Source: an uncultured SAR86 cluster bacterium
Lineage (GTDB): Bacteria; Pseudomonadota; Gammaproteobacteria; Magnimaribacterales; D2472
DNA: 59,777 bases
Reading direction: 5' to 3'
Assembly: GCA_902515455.1 (NCBI GenBank)
Contig: CABXUO010000003.1
Location: 1 to 59,777 of the forward strand
In this document: positions 19,736 to 28,807 of the stretch, one piece after another
Layout: each line of letters opens with the position of its first letter
Position numbering within the stretch: the stretch's first letter is position 1
Program-made: the position numbers and the translations under genes
Notes under the pieces: generated by a model
What the model was told of the DNA's origin: nothing
What the model saw: the letters and a program-made list of their open reading frames with translations, nothing else
Databases searched by the model: none

Positions 19736-20764
19736 TTATTTATTTTGCTCTAATAAATAGTGTGAAACATACCATTCATTCCCTTGATTATGTGCAAATA
19801 ACATTTCGCATGCCAAAAAGAATAATCTCCATCTTTGATACCATTTATTTGCATCATCGTAATGATCATTAAACAAATCAATAATATTTGTTCTATTTTT
19901 GTAATGATTTTCCAGCCAATGTCTGCATGTCCTTGCATAGTGATCGCCATTAACCTTCCAATACTTAGCCACAGAAAAATCATCATTAAAATATTCAAAA
20001 ATATCTGCTGAAGGCATTATCCCGCCTGTAAAAAAATATTTAGACATCCAGTCAGAATCTCCTCTAACTTCGTATGGATAAGAATGATCTTTATGATTGA
20101 AAATGTGAATAAATAATTTCCCCTCAGGCTTCATGAAGTTTTTAAGATTGCTCAATAACATTTTGTAATTTCTGACATGTTCAAACATTTCAACTGACAC
20201 AATTCGATCAAATTTATGTTCGAGCTTCAGATCATTAACATCCTGTTTTTGTGGCATAACATTTTTAAGATTTCTTTTCATTGCTTCTTGCTTTATGAAT
20301 TCAATTTGATCTGCCGAATTTGATACACATGTAAAGATACTATCTGGAAATTTTTGCGCTGCATGAATTGAAAAACTACCCCAGCCACATCCTAGGTCGA
20401 GGACCTGTTGATTGGATGTAATTTCTGCTCTAGAGATAGTTTTTTCAATCATATTGATCTCAGCCTGCATTAAATCATCACTGTCATCCTCATACCAGCA
20501 ACATGAATATTTCAGGCGCTTGCTCATTACATATTCAAAAAAAGATGCTGGCACTTCATAATGTTGCTCATTAGCATCATTTGCAGAGATTGCTATAGGA
20601 CTATTTTTGAGTTTTTCAAAAAAATCTAATTTTGAGTTTGTTTTAATATTTACTTCATTTGAAATTTCGTTTAGACGACTCATCAAGATTCTTTTAATTG
20701 CTATTTTAAGAATAAAATCAGGAAGGTATCCTTTTTCAGCTAGTTGAATTCCACTTTTGATCAT
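19736..20764 (-). CDS. Cyclopropane-fatty-acyl-phospholipid synthase-like SAM methyltransferase
   Basis: 342 aa with the VLDLGCGWGS SAM motif and overall CFA-synthase/mycolic acid methyltransferase family architecture. Confidence 0.8.
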   Translation of the reverse strand: MIKSGIQLAEKGYLPDFILKIAIKRILMSRLNEISNEVNIKTNSKLDFFEKLKNSPIAISANDANEQHYEVPASFFEYVMSKRLKYSCCWYEDDSDDLMQAEINMIEKTISRAEITSNQQVLDLGCGWGSFSIHAAQKFPDSIFTCVSNSADQIEFIKQEAMKRNLKNVMPQKQDVNDLKLEHKFDRIVSVEMFEHVRNYKMLLSNLKNFMKPEGKLFIHIFNHKDHSYPYEVRGDSDWMSKYFFTGGIMPSADIFEYFNDDFSVAKYWKVNGDHYARTCRHWLENHYKNRTNIIDLFNDHYDDANKWYQRWRLFFLACEMLFAHNQGNEWYVSHYLLEQNK

Positions 20765-20959
20765 TCGATAAGTTTAGTTTAAGACAATAAATAAACAAGG
20801 AAGCAAGATTAATTATATGCAGTCTTCGATTGTGATTTTTTAAGATTTATTTAATGGAAATAAGTTTGCTTGCCAAGATATCGTTTGCAAGTCCAATTTA
20901 TTTACAATCTCAATTTTCTCTAGTTGAAAATTAGATTTTAATGACCATCTAAGTACCCA

Positions 20960-22375
20960 ATGACAGACCTGATAATCCTAAATAGAAACTTAAGATTGCA
21001 TGACAACCCTGCAATGCACTTTGGTTCATTAAGATCTAATTACTTAGTGATATATCTTTATGATGAAACTTATTGGAGGGAAAATGGCAAATCGCTAAGG
21101 CAATTAAAATTCTCTAATGATTGTTTAGCCGAGCTTAATAATGAATTAAAAAAATATGATTCCAAGGTAAATATTTTTGAGGGAACATTTGATGATTTAA
21201 AAATTTGGATTAAAAAAAATTTCAATGATTTTTTTATCCACATAAATCACTGCACTGATATAAAGTATTTTAGAGATGGATTCTCAAAATTTACAGATTC
21301 ATTTCTTGGAAAAATTAATGTATACAATGATTTTGGTCTGCAGTTAAATAATTTTGATAGAGATTCATGGTCACGAAATTGGAACAAAATTATGGATTCA
21401 CAAATATTAGAGAATCCAAAAAAATCAAAATTAAAACTTGATACAAAGCTATTAAATTTCTCCAGCTTCTCTAACAAAGTTAAAAATTCATTAGTCAATT
21501 TAGACAACATACAAAAAGGTGGATCATCACAGGCTCATACCTTGCTTGAGAGTTTTTTGTCTGAAAGGTGCAAAGATTATAGAGTGAAGATGTCTAGTCC
21601 GATTCAATCAGAGCAAAGCTGCTCAAGGTTGTCACCACATTTTACTTTCGGTTCTATATCAATAAGAGAGGTTTATCAGATATTAAATAAATATTATCCT
21701 AAGTCAGAAAATAAAAGTGATCTTTACTCATTTAAGAAAAGACTTTATTGGCACTGTCATTTTATTCAAAAATTGCATACCGAGCCTGAACTGGAATATT
21801 ACTCAATGCATAGGATGTGTGATCAGCTCAGACAAACGCATGATGATGAGGTGATTGATAAGTGGATCAATGGTGAGACAGGTTTTCCTTTCTTGGATGC
21901 ATGCATGAAGTATCTTCATAGATATGGATGGATAAACTTTAGAATGAGAGCAATGATCATGTCATTTGCCTCATATAATTTGTGGCAACCATGGCAAAAA
22001 ACTTCGCCCTTGTTAGCTCAGCTTTTTACCGACTATGAACCCGGCATTCATATAAGCCAAGTTCAAATGCAAAGTGGTGTTACTGGAATTAATTTACCAA
22101 GAATCTATTCAGTTTCTAAACAAAGTGCAGATCAAGATCCTAATGCAATTTGGATAAAAAAAATATTACCGCAATTAAGAGAAGCTGATCCAAAGCTTAT
22201 TCATTCCTCAGAACTAAGTGATATGTATATACCTCAGATTATTGATTTAAAATCATCTGCAAGGGATGCGCGCGAGAGGGTTTGGAGTATCAGAAAAAGC
22301 GAAGAATTTAAAAAAGAGGCTGCCGCAGTTTATATCAAGCACGGCAGCAGAAAAAAAAGGAATTTTAGGAGTTAA
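20960..22375 (+). CDS. Photolyase/cryptochrome family flavoprotein
   Basis: 471 aa with SRLSPHFTFGSIS and NGETGFPFLDACMKYLHRYGWINFRMRAM (FAD-binding domain of DNA photolyases). Confidence 0.8.
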   Translation: MTDLIILNRNLRLHDNPAMHFGSLRSNYLVIYLYDETYWRENGKSLRQLKFSNDCLAELNNELKKYDSKVNIFEGTFDDLKIWIKKNFNDFFIHINHCTDIKYFRDGFSKFTDSFLGKINVYNDFGLQLNNFDRDSWSRNWNKIMDSQILENPKKSKLKLDTKLLNFSSFSNKVKNSLVNLDNIQKGGSSQAHTLLESFLSERCKDYRVKMSSPIQSEQSCSRLSPHFTFGSISIREVYQILNKYYPKSENKSDLYSFKKRLYWHCHFIQKLHTEPELEYYSMHRMCDQLRQTHDDEVIDKWINGETGFPFLDACMKYLHRYGWINFRMRAMIMSFASYNLWQPWQKTSPLLAQLFTDYEPGIHISQVQMQSGVTGINLPRIYSVSKQSADQDPNAIWIKKILPQLREADPKLIHSSELSDMYIPQIIDLKSSARDARERVWSIRKSEEFKKEAAAVYIKHGSRKKRNFRS

Positions 22376-22377
22376 TC

Positions 22378-22905
22378 TTACTCAGGCAAAACAAGTCTGG
22401 AGGCAACCAAAATTTCTTTAATTTTCTTATTTTCAATTCGAACATCAAAAAATTCTCTCGCAACTATTTCTTCGCCGTCAATATTATCTGTTACCTTGTA
22501 GGAGGATGTTACCCAGTGATGAACAGATTCATCCTCTTGAGGAACGTCATTTGCCATAGCGTAAACAAATTCCCATGAGGGATTAGATGTTTCAAACCAA
22601 TTTTTAAGAAAGGCAGCATGCTCTTTAGAGCCTCTTACAACAACACCGTTTGGTGCTCTACCGATCATGTCATCGGCGTTTGCTCTATCAATTGCTTCAA
22701 GGTCACGCTGATTATGAGCTTCAACATAATCAACCCAAATTTTTATAAGGGAAGGATTTCCAGCAACAATATCTAATTTTTTTCCATCTTCAGTCATCTC
22801 ATATCCAATGAGACCTTTTTTATTCATGTGGCCTGATTCATGGTGACCAGCAAAAGAAAATTGAGCTAGTAAGAACATGCTAATAATTGGTATTAATTTT
22901 TTCAT
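22378..22905 (-). CDS. Secreted NTF2/SnoaL-like protein
   Basis: 175 aa with the signal peptide MKKLIPIISMFLLAQFSFAG. The function is unknown. Confidence 0.55.
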   Translation of the reverse strand: MKKLIPIISMFLLAQFSFAGHHESGHMNKKGLIGYEMTEDGKKLDIVAGNPSLIKIWVDYVEAHNQRDLEAIDRANADDMIGRAPNGVVVRGSKEHAAFLKNWFETSNPSWEFVYAMANDVPQEDESVHHWVTSSYKVTDNIDGEEIVAREFFDVRIENKKIKEILVASRLVLPE

Positions 22906-23085
22906 GAGACTTCCTCTGTTGAATATATATTTTTTGATTTACTTTAACATAATAAAAACAACTAGTTATTTTTATTAATTTTGTATTTTTAAACACTGTC
23001 AATTAGTTAATTTCAAAAACACATATGATATTTTTTACATATCTAGCATACTATTGTCTATAACTTTTTTTTGGAGAAAACAATT

Positions 23086-23823
23086 ATGAAAAATTTATTT
23101 TTGATTACCTTAATATTTTTAAGCTCATTTATTCTTTCTCAGGAAGTGCCCAATCCTATCAGGGCTGAGTACTTGATGTGTGATCTAAATGATGGAAAAA
23201 GTATGGATGATTTTATGAAATGGTCGAAGTCTTGGAACAAAATTATGGATGCTACAGATGAATCTGGTTACGATGCAGCAGTAATGGTACCTAGATATCG
23301 GACTCCATTGACTGATTTTGATATGTTCTGGGTTGGACATGCTGACTCATCAACGAATCTTGGTAAAGCTCTGGATAACTGGTTCGGAGACAACTTTAAA
23401 GAAGTAAGAGATTCAATTCCAGTTACATGCGTTCAAGCATTTAATGCAGTTCAGTGGGTTTTAGAGTCTAACTTTAAACCTGAAGACTTATCTGATGCCT
23501 ATCCAGTTTCATATCGTTATTGCAATTTAAAAGAAGGCAAAACACTTGCAGATGCTTTTATAAATCTCACCAATCAAATGAAAATTTCTCATAAAGCAGG
23601 TATTAAAAATAGTGCTCGTTTAATTAGACCTGGTAATGGAGCACCAGCTCAACTTTCTGAATATGATTTTGTATTATCATATGGCTCACCTAGCTGGGAA
23701 GACTGGGGAAAAGCCATAGATCACTACTGGTCAGATATAAATGATACAAATGAAAATAAAGCAGTTAAAGAAACATATGCTTGTGAAAATTCAAGAATGT
23801 ACTCAGGGACCCTAATTAGATAA
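23086..23823 (+). CDS. Secreted tandem-domain protein of unknown function (paralog family member 1)
   Basis: It has a signal peptide and two internal repeats, each beginning Y-x-x-C-x-L-x-x-GK-[ST]. The C-terminal motif CENSRMY is shared with the proteins at 46967 and 48157. I prefer the ATG at 23086 over the TTG at 23071. Confidence 0.65.
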   Translation: MKNLFLITLIFLSSFILSQEVPNPIRAEYLMCDLNDGKSMDDFMKWSKSWNKIMDATDESGYDAAVMVPRYRTPLTDFDMFWVGHADSSTNLGKALDNWFGDNFKEVRDSIPVTCVQAFNAVQWVLESNFKPEDLSDAYPVSYRYCNLKEGKTLADAFINLTNQMKISHKAGIKNSARLIRPGNGAPAQLSEYDFVLSYGSPSWEDWGKAIDHYWSDINDTNENKAVKETYACENSRMYSGTLIR

Positions 23824-23844
23824 ACTCTTCGTGTTTGAAAAAAA

Positions 23845-23869
23845 AGGAGGGTAATTATCCTCCTTTTTT
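23845..23869 (+). terminator. Intrinsic terminator
   Basis: AGGAGG (23845..23850), an 8-nt loop, CCTCCT (23859..23864), then a T-run. Confidence 0.7.
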
Positions 23870-23892
23870 GTATGACACTTTAAACGTCATAC
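23870..23892. promoter_or_regulatory. Inverted repeat GTATGAC-N9-GTCATAC upstream of glcB, a candidate operator
   Basis: The half-sites at 23870..23876 and 23886..23892 are exact reverse complements. A third GTATGAC lies at 23916..23922. Confidence 0.35.
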
Positions 23893-23991
23893 TTTGAGAA
23901 TCCTCAGCATAAAATGTATGACATTTCATTTAAAGCTTCATTTGTAATTTGTTAGACTGTATCTTTATCTTTAAATTAATGGGCGAAAAAA

Positions 23992-26163
23992 ATGTTAGGT
24001 AAATATACGCAAATTGGATCATTGTCAGTCTCAGGAGATTTGGAAACATTTCTTAGAGCAGAAGTGTTGCCTGGTTTAAATATAACTGAGGATCACTTTT
24101 GGAGTAGCTTAGAGAACATTATTAATAAATTTAGCCCTAAAAATAAAGCATTGCTGGAAATCAGAGAGATAATGCAAAAGCAAATTGATTCTTGGCACTT
24201 AGATAATCCTGGAGGTGAAAAAAACTTATCTAAATACAAAAATTTTTTAAAAGAAATAGGTTACTTGTCAGAGGAGAAAGAAGCTTTTACTATCACCACT
24301 GAAAATGTTGACCCAGAGATCGCATTTATTGCAGGACCTCAATTAGTAGTTCCAGTTATGAATGCAAGATTTGCCTTAAATGCTGCTAATGCCAGATGGG
24401 GCAGTCTTTACGATGCTTTATATGGCACCGATATGATCTCAGAGGATGATGGAGCGTCAAGAGCAGGCGCTTATAATCCAATTCGTGGAGACAAAGTTAT
24501 AGAATTTGCAAAGAATTTTTTGGATAAAAATTTTTCATTAAATGATGCCAGTTTTTTTGACGTAATTTCTTTTTCAATAAAGGATGGTCAATTAGAGTTT
24601 GGGTTAGAGAATGGACAAACTTCAACTCTTCATAACAGCAATCAATTTCAGGGTTTTCAAGGGTCACCAAATCTTCCTTCTAGCATCTTGCTCAAAAACA
24701 ACAACCTTCATGCTGAAATTCAAATTGATCCTGAACATTCTGTGGGCGCTACTGATCCCGCTGGAATCAAAGATGTTTTACTAGAATCTGCAGTTACAAC
24801 GATTCAAGACTGCGAGGATTCGGTTGCGGCGGTTGATGGAGAAGACAAAGTAACTATTTATAGAAATTGGCTTGGTTTAATGAAAGGAACACTTCAGGAA
24901 ACATTTATAAAAGGAGGAAGTGAAATGACTCGTTCTCTTAATCCTGATAGAGATTATATTGCACCAGATGGTTCCGGCTTCAAATTGCCAGGTAGAAGCC
25001 TCATGCTTGTAAGAAATGTTGGACATCTCATGACTAATCCAGCAATTCTTGATAAGGATGGTAATGAGGTGCCTGAGGGGATAATGGATGCAATGTTCAC
25101 AATTTGTATTGCAATGCATGACATCAATGGTAACGGAGAGTTAAAAAATTCCAGAACCGGCAGTATCTATATTGTGAAACCAAAAATGCATGGACCTGAT
25201 GAGGTTCAATTTACTTGTGATTTATTTTCAGCAGTTGAAAAAGCCCTTAATCTTGATCAGTTGACTGCCAAAGTAGGCATTATGGACGAAGAAAGAAGAA
25301 CTACGGTAAATCTTAAAGAATGTATTCGTGTTGCCAAGGAAAGAGTAATTTTTATTAACACTGGATTTTTAGATAGAACTGGAGATGAAATTCATACCAG
25401 TATGGAGGCTGGTCCCATGATTCCCAAGGCAGACATGAAACAGCAGCCTTGGATTCTTGCTTATGAAGACTGGAATGTAGATTCTGGTCTTGAAACTGGA
25501 TTTAAAGGCAACGCACAAATTGGTAAAGGTATGTGGCCAATGCCAGACGAAATGTTAAACATGTATGAAACCAAATCCATGCATCCAGAATCTGGAGCAA
25601 ACTGCGCTTGGGTACCGTCACCGACTGGTGCTACTCTCCATGCAATGCATTATCATCAAATCTTGGTTTCTAACAGACAGCAAAATATCCTTCAGCGACC
25701 TAAGGCCAGTCTCGATGATATTCTTACCATTCCATTAATGGAAAATCCAGAAGGGCTATCAGCCGAAGATATTCAAAAAGAATTAGATAATAATGCTCAG
25801 GGTATTCTTGGTTATGTTGTTAGATGGGTTGATCAAGGAGTGGGTTGCTCTAAGGTTCCTGATATTAATAACGTTGGGCTCATGGAGGATAGAGCTACAT
25901 GTAGAATCTCCAGTCAACATATTGCAAATTGGTTGCATCATTCTATTTGTTCAAAAGACCAAGTTCTCGATACTATGAAAAGAATGGCTCTTGTTGTTGA
26001 TCAGCAGAATTCTGGAGATCCATCATATCTTCCAATGGGCCCATCATATGATGGCATTGCCTTTAAAGCGGCATGCAATCTTGCTATAGATGGAAGAAGT
26101 CAGCCCAGCGGCTATACTGAACCAATATTGCATGAAATGAGGCTAAAATTTAAAGCTCAATGA
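23992..26163 (+). CDS. glcB: Malate synthase G
   Basis: 723 aa. The length and conserved blocks ([33 protein letters not shown] and [10 protein letters not shown]) are typical of GlcB. Confidence 0.92.
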   Translation: MLGKYTQIGSLSVSGDLETFLRAEVLPGLNITEDHFWSSLENIINKFSPKNKALLEIREIMQKQIDSWHLDNPGGEKNLSKYKNFLKEIGYLSEEKEAFTITTENVDPEIAFIAGPQLVVPVMNARFALNAANARWGSLYDALYGTDMISEDDGASRAGAYNPIRGDKVIEFAKNFLDKNFSLNDASFFDVISFSIKDGQLEFGLENGQTSTLHNSNQFQGFQGSPNLPSSILLKNNNLHAEIQIDPEHSVGATDPAGIKDVLLESAVTTIQDCEDSVAAVDGEDKVTIYRNWLGLMKGTLQETFIKGGSEMTRSLNPDRDYIAPDGSGFKLPGRSLMLVRNVGHLMTNPAILDKDGNEVPEGIMDAMFTICIAMHDINGNGELKNSRTGSIYIVKPKMHGPDEVQFTCDLFSAVEKALNLDQLTAKVGIMDEERRTTVNLKECIRVAKERVIFINTGFLDRTGDEIHTSMEAGPMIPKADMKQQPWILAYEDWNVDSGLETGFKGNAQIGKGMWPMPDEMLNMYETKSMHPESGANCAWVPSPTGATLHAMHYHQILVSNRQQNILQRPKASLDDILTIPLMENPEGLSAEDIQKELDNNAQGILGYVVRWVDQGVGCSKVPDINNVGLMEDRATCRISSQHIANWLHHSICSKDQVLDTMKRMALVVDQQNSGDPSYLPMGPSYDGIAFKAACNLAIDGRSQPSGYTEPILHEMRLKFKAQ

Positions 26164-26444
26164 AAGCATACTGGATCACAAGATGTCACGTACATAATCC
26201 AGCTGAGTATGATGAATATATCAAGCTTGCGGGACCTGCTATCAATCAATATGGTGGTACCTTCCTAGTTCGTGGCGGTGATCAAATTGAACTAGAAGGA
26301 GGTCCATATGAAAGGACTGTTTTAGTTGAGTTTAATTCGATGCATGAAGCCAAGGTATGTTATGAATCAAAGGAGTATCAAGAGGCTTTGAAGTACTCGG
26401 TAAATTCTTCCAATCGTCATGTTGTTTTAGTCGAAGGATTGTGA
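26160..26444 (+). CDS. DUF1330-family protein
   Basis: 94 aa starting [30 protein letters not shown], typical of DUF1330. An ATGA overlap links it to glcB. Confidence 0.7.
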   Translation: MKAYWITRCHVHNPAEYDEYIKLAGPAINQYGGTFLVRGGDQIELEGGPYERTVLVEFNSMHEAKVCYESKEYQEALKYSVNSSNRHVVLVEGL

Positions 26445-26450
26445 AGAGTC

Positions 26451-28499
26451 ATGAAAATCCCTACAAATAAAAATATCGCCAAAACTCTTTTATTTTTTAT
26501 AGTTTTTTTGAATTTAAATATATCTTCAGAAGAATTATCAGATGCTGAAAGTTTTTTTAGCCGCGAGGCCCCAACCTATCCAACAGCGGATAACTTGCTC
26601 GGGTGGATAGATTCAAGAAACATTACCTCCCTAAATGGTGAGTGGACTTACATAATTGATCCAATGAATAATGGTTTACCAGAATCCTCTTTTTTTGGTG
26701 GATTTCCAAAAAATAAAACTCAAAAAACTGGAATGGAGCTAATTGAATACAATTTTGAGGATGCAGAAAAAATTCAAATACCAGGCGCTTGGAATGCTCA
26801 AGATGAAAAATTATTATTTTACAGAGGACCAGTTTGGCTGTTTAAAAAATTTAATCATTCATCAAAACAAAATGTTTTAACCCATCTGTATATTGAAGGC
26901 AGTAACTTTACAACAAAGGTATTTGTGAATGGGTCTATTGTAGGTGAATTTGAGGGTGGTTATGTTCCTTTTAACTTTGATATTTCCCAGTTTCTAAATG
27001 ATGGCGAGAACATTTTGTTAGTCCAAACAGATAATACTCTCAATGAGTCCACTGTTCCCACTCACAAGACAGATTGGTGGCCTTGGGGAGGTATTGTTGG
27101 TGACGTATATCTTGTTCAGACTCCAAATGAATATATCAGAAACGCATATTTACAACTGAACCCAGATGATTTTTCTCAAGCTATCTTTAAATTACAAATG
27201 GCAACTAAATCATCTCAACAAAAAGTAATTTTGGAGATTCCTGAACTTAATTACAAAGAAGAGTTTGGAACAGATTCTTCAGGATTAATTCAAGAAAATA
27301 TCATCATTACTCCAGAGCTTTGGTCGCCCTCAAATCCTAAGCTCTATAAAGTGATTATTTCATCACAAAATGAGTCAATATCCGATGAAATAGGTTTTCG
27401 TTCCATTAAAACAAAGGGCCAAAAGATTTTTTTAAATGATAATGAGATAAAGTTTAAGGGAATTGCTATGCACTCTGAGCCTATCGGTATGCCAGGACCA
27501 GCTTTCTCAAAAGAACATTTTAAAAAATTGCTCTCCACAGCTGCGGATTTAAATATTAATTTTATCAGAGCTGCGCATTATCCATATACCCGACATTTAG
27601 CAAAGGTTGCGGATCAAATCGGGTTAATGGTTTGGGAAGAGATTCCTGTGTATTGGAATATTGATTGGAAAAATCCCGTTACGTTGAATATAGCAAAAGA
27701 TCAGATTAATAGATTAGTTAAAAGAGATCACAATCGGGCATCTGTTGTAGTTTGGTCAGTAGCTAATGAAACTCCTTTTTCAATACCGAGAATGACATTT
27801 TTAAATACCTTATTATCTGAAATTAACCATCATGATTCATCTCGATTAACCACGGCTGCTCTTCTTTCAGGTAATGAAGAGCAATTTAGATCTTTGGTAA
27901 TTGTTTTGGCATTACATGGCGTTAAATCTCAATGGGTTAATTCAAGAGAAAAAATGATATTTAAATCAATCTTAGATAAGGCAAATATACCGATCGACTC
28001 AAAGTTAAGTTTTTCTATCTCAATTGATGACCCCCTTGGTAAAAATGTTGATTTGATTTCTTACAATGAGTACTTTGGTTGGTACTACGTTACATTTTTT
28101 ACTGAGCAAATGATGATTCCAGAGGGAACTCTTAGAAGATTAATGTTTGAAGTCATGCCAGAGATAAAAATTAGTTCTTCATTCAATAAACCAATTCATA
28201 TTTCAGAATTCGGTGCTGGCGCTAAGTATGGAAATCATACTGACAAAATATGGTCGGAGGGATATCAAGCTAAGGTATATTCAGGCCAATTAGAAATGCT
28301 TTCTAGAAATCCTCAGGTTCAAGGAATTAGCCCCTGGGTTCTCAAAGATTTTAGAGCTATGTTGAGACCGTTGCCAGGTATTCAGGATTTTTATAACAGA
28401 AAAGGTTTAATTGATGAAAACGGAAATAAGAAAGAAGCTTTCAAAGTTTTGGCTGATTTTTATAAAAATCAATGGGATGAAAATTTAATACAAAATTAA
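26451..28499 (+). CDS. Glycoside hydrolase family 2 protein, secreted
   Basis: 682 aa with a signal peptide and GH2 sugar-binding, Ig-like and TIM-barrel domains. The acid/base region is VVWSVANE. Confidence 0.8.
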   Translation: MKIPTNKNIAKTLLFFIVFLNLNISSEELSDAESFFSREAPTYPTADNLLGWIDSRNITSLNGEWTYIIDPMNNGLPESSFFGGFPKNKTQKTGMELIEYNFEDAEKIQIPGAWNAQDEKLLFYRGPVWLFKKFNHSSKQNVLTHLYIEGSNFTTKVFVNGSIVGEFEGGYVPFNFDISQFLNDGENILLVQTDNTLNESTVPTHKTDWWPWGGIVGDVYLVQTPNEYIRNAYLQLNPDDFSQAIFKLQMATKSSQQKVILEIPELNYKEEFGTDSSGLIQENIIITPELWSPSNPKLYKVIISSQNESISDEIGFRSIKTKGQKIFLNDNEIKFKGIAMHSEPIGMPGPAFSKEHFKKLLSTAADLNINFIRAAHYPYTRHLAKVADQIGLMVWEEIPVYWNIDWKNPVTLNIAKDQINRLVKRDHNRASVVVWSVANETPFSIPRMTFLNTLLSEINHHDSSRLTTAALLSGNEEQFRSLVIVLALHGVKSQWVNSREKMIFKSILDKANIPIDSKLSFSISIDDPLGKNVDLISYNEYFGWYYVTFFTEQMMIPEGTLRRLMFEVMPEIKISSSFNKPIHISEFGAGAKYGNHTDKIWSEGYQAKVYSGQLEMLSRNPQVQGISPWVLKDFRAMLRPLPGIQDFYNRKGLIDENGNKKEAFKVLADFYKNQWDENLIQN

Positions 28500-28522
28500 T
28501 TATATTTTTTTTACAAAAAGTA

Positions 28523-28550
28523 TTGACTCTATTAACTATAGGCGTATATT
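28523..28550 (+). promoter_or_regulatory. Near-consensus sigma70 promoter of RNA copy 1
   Basis: TTGACT (28523..28528), a 16-nt spacer and TATATT (28545..28550). Both hexamers are conserved in copy 2, while the spacer differs at 3 positions. Confidence 0.7.
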
Positions 28551-28556
28551 TAATAG

Positions 28557-28775
28557 ACCAACTTGGACTGACCTACAAACAACTGCAGACGGGAGTAGGA
28601 GAGAAAGAGGAGGAAGAGACGAAGGGCGAAAGCGTTACTAAGAGTCGACGATAAAAAAGAGCTTAGTAGCCCACCAAGGAGGAGAGAGAAGGCCTCTAAG
28701 GAGCTAAAGAGATTCTCACTTTAGACCCCTTCCAATCTCGAATTGAAAAGACAGAGCTTAGCTCTGTTTTTTTTT
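28557..28775 (+). ncRNA. Candidate novel purine/GGA-rich non-coding RNA, copy 1 (about 220 nt)
   Basis: It runs from the predicted TSS about 7 nt after the -10 to the terminator T-run. Neither strand has an ATG/GTG/TTG ORF. It has 7 GGA motifs, and 92 of 120 nt at 28591..28710 are purines. A second copy is identical over the last 195 nt of the repeat. Confidence 0.65.
28751..28775 (+). terminator. Intrinsic terminator of RNA copy 1
   Basis: ACAGAGC stem, TTA loop, GCTCTGT stem, followed by a T-run that makes nine consecutive T with the last stem base. Confidence 0.85.
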
Positions 28776-28807
28776 GCTTATAATTTATTACTTATTGAAA
28801 AAAGTTC

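Larger units (their letters stand above)
28501..28777 (+). repeat. Direct repeat copy 1 (277 bp; promoter + RNA + terminator module)
   Basis: It aligns without gaps to 29769..30045. There are 11 mismatches in the first 82 nt, and the last 195 nt are identical. Confidence 0.95.

Noticed and set aside
19634-22375. Genomic island or prophage integrated at tRNA-Gly(GCC), and similarly at tRNA-Gly(UCC) at 48009
   Set aside because: There is no integrase, no direct repeat of the tRNA 3' end and no phage or mobility genes nearby. The neighbouring genes are ordinary metabolic or stress genes with the same composition as the rest of the window.
28440-28522. GacA/UvrY-type upstream activating box (TGTAAG-N6-CTTACA) ahead of the GGA-rich RNA
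   Set aside because: I found no such palindrome upstream of either copy. If the RNA is Csr/Rsm-like, it is not obviously under canonical GacA-box control.
28583-28652. Possible acidic micropeptide (LQTGVGEKEEEETKGESVTKSRR) inside the repeated RNA, and an ATT-initiated frame from 28712 reading through the terminator
   Set aside because: Neither frame has an ATG/GTG/TTG start. The first could only begin at CTG. The second needs a rare ATT start and has different C-termini in the two copies. Non-coding is the more economical reading, but a coding-potential test on homologs would settle it.
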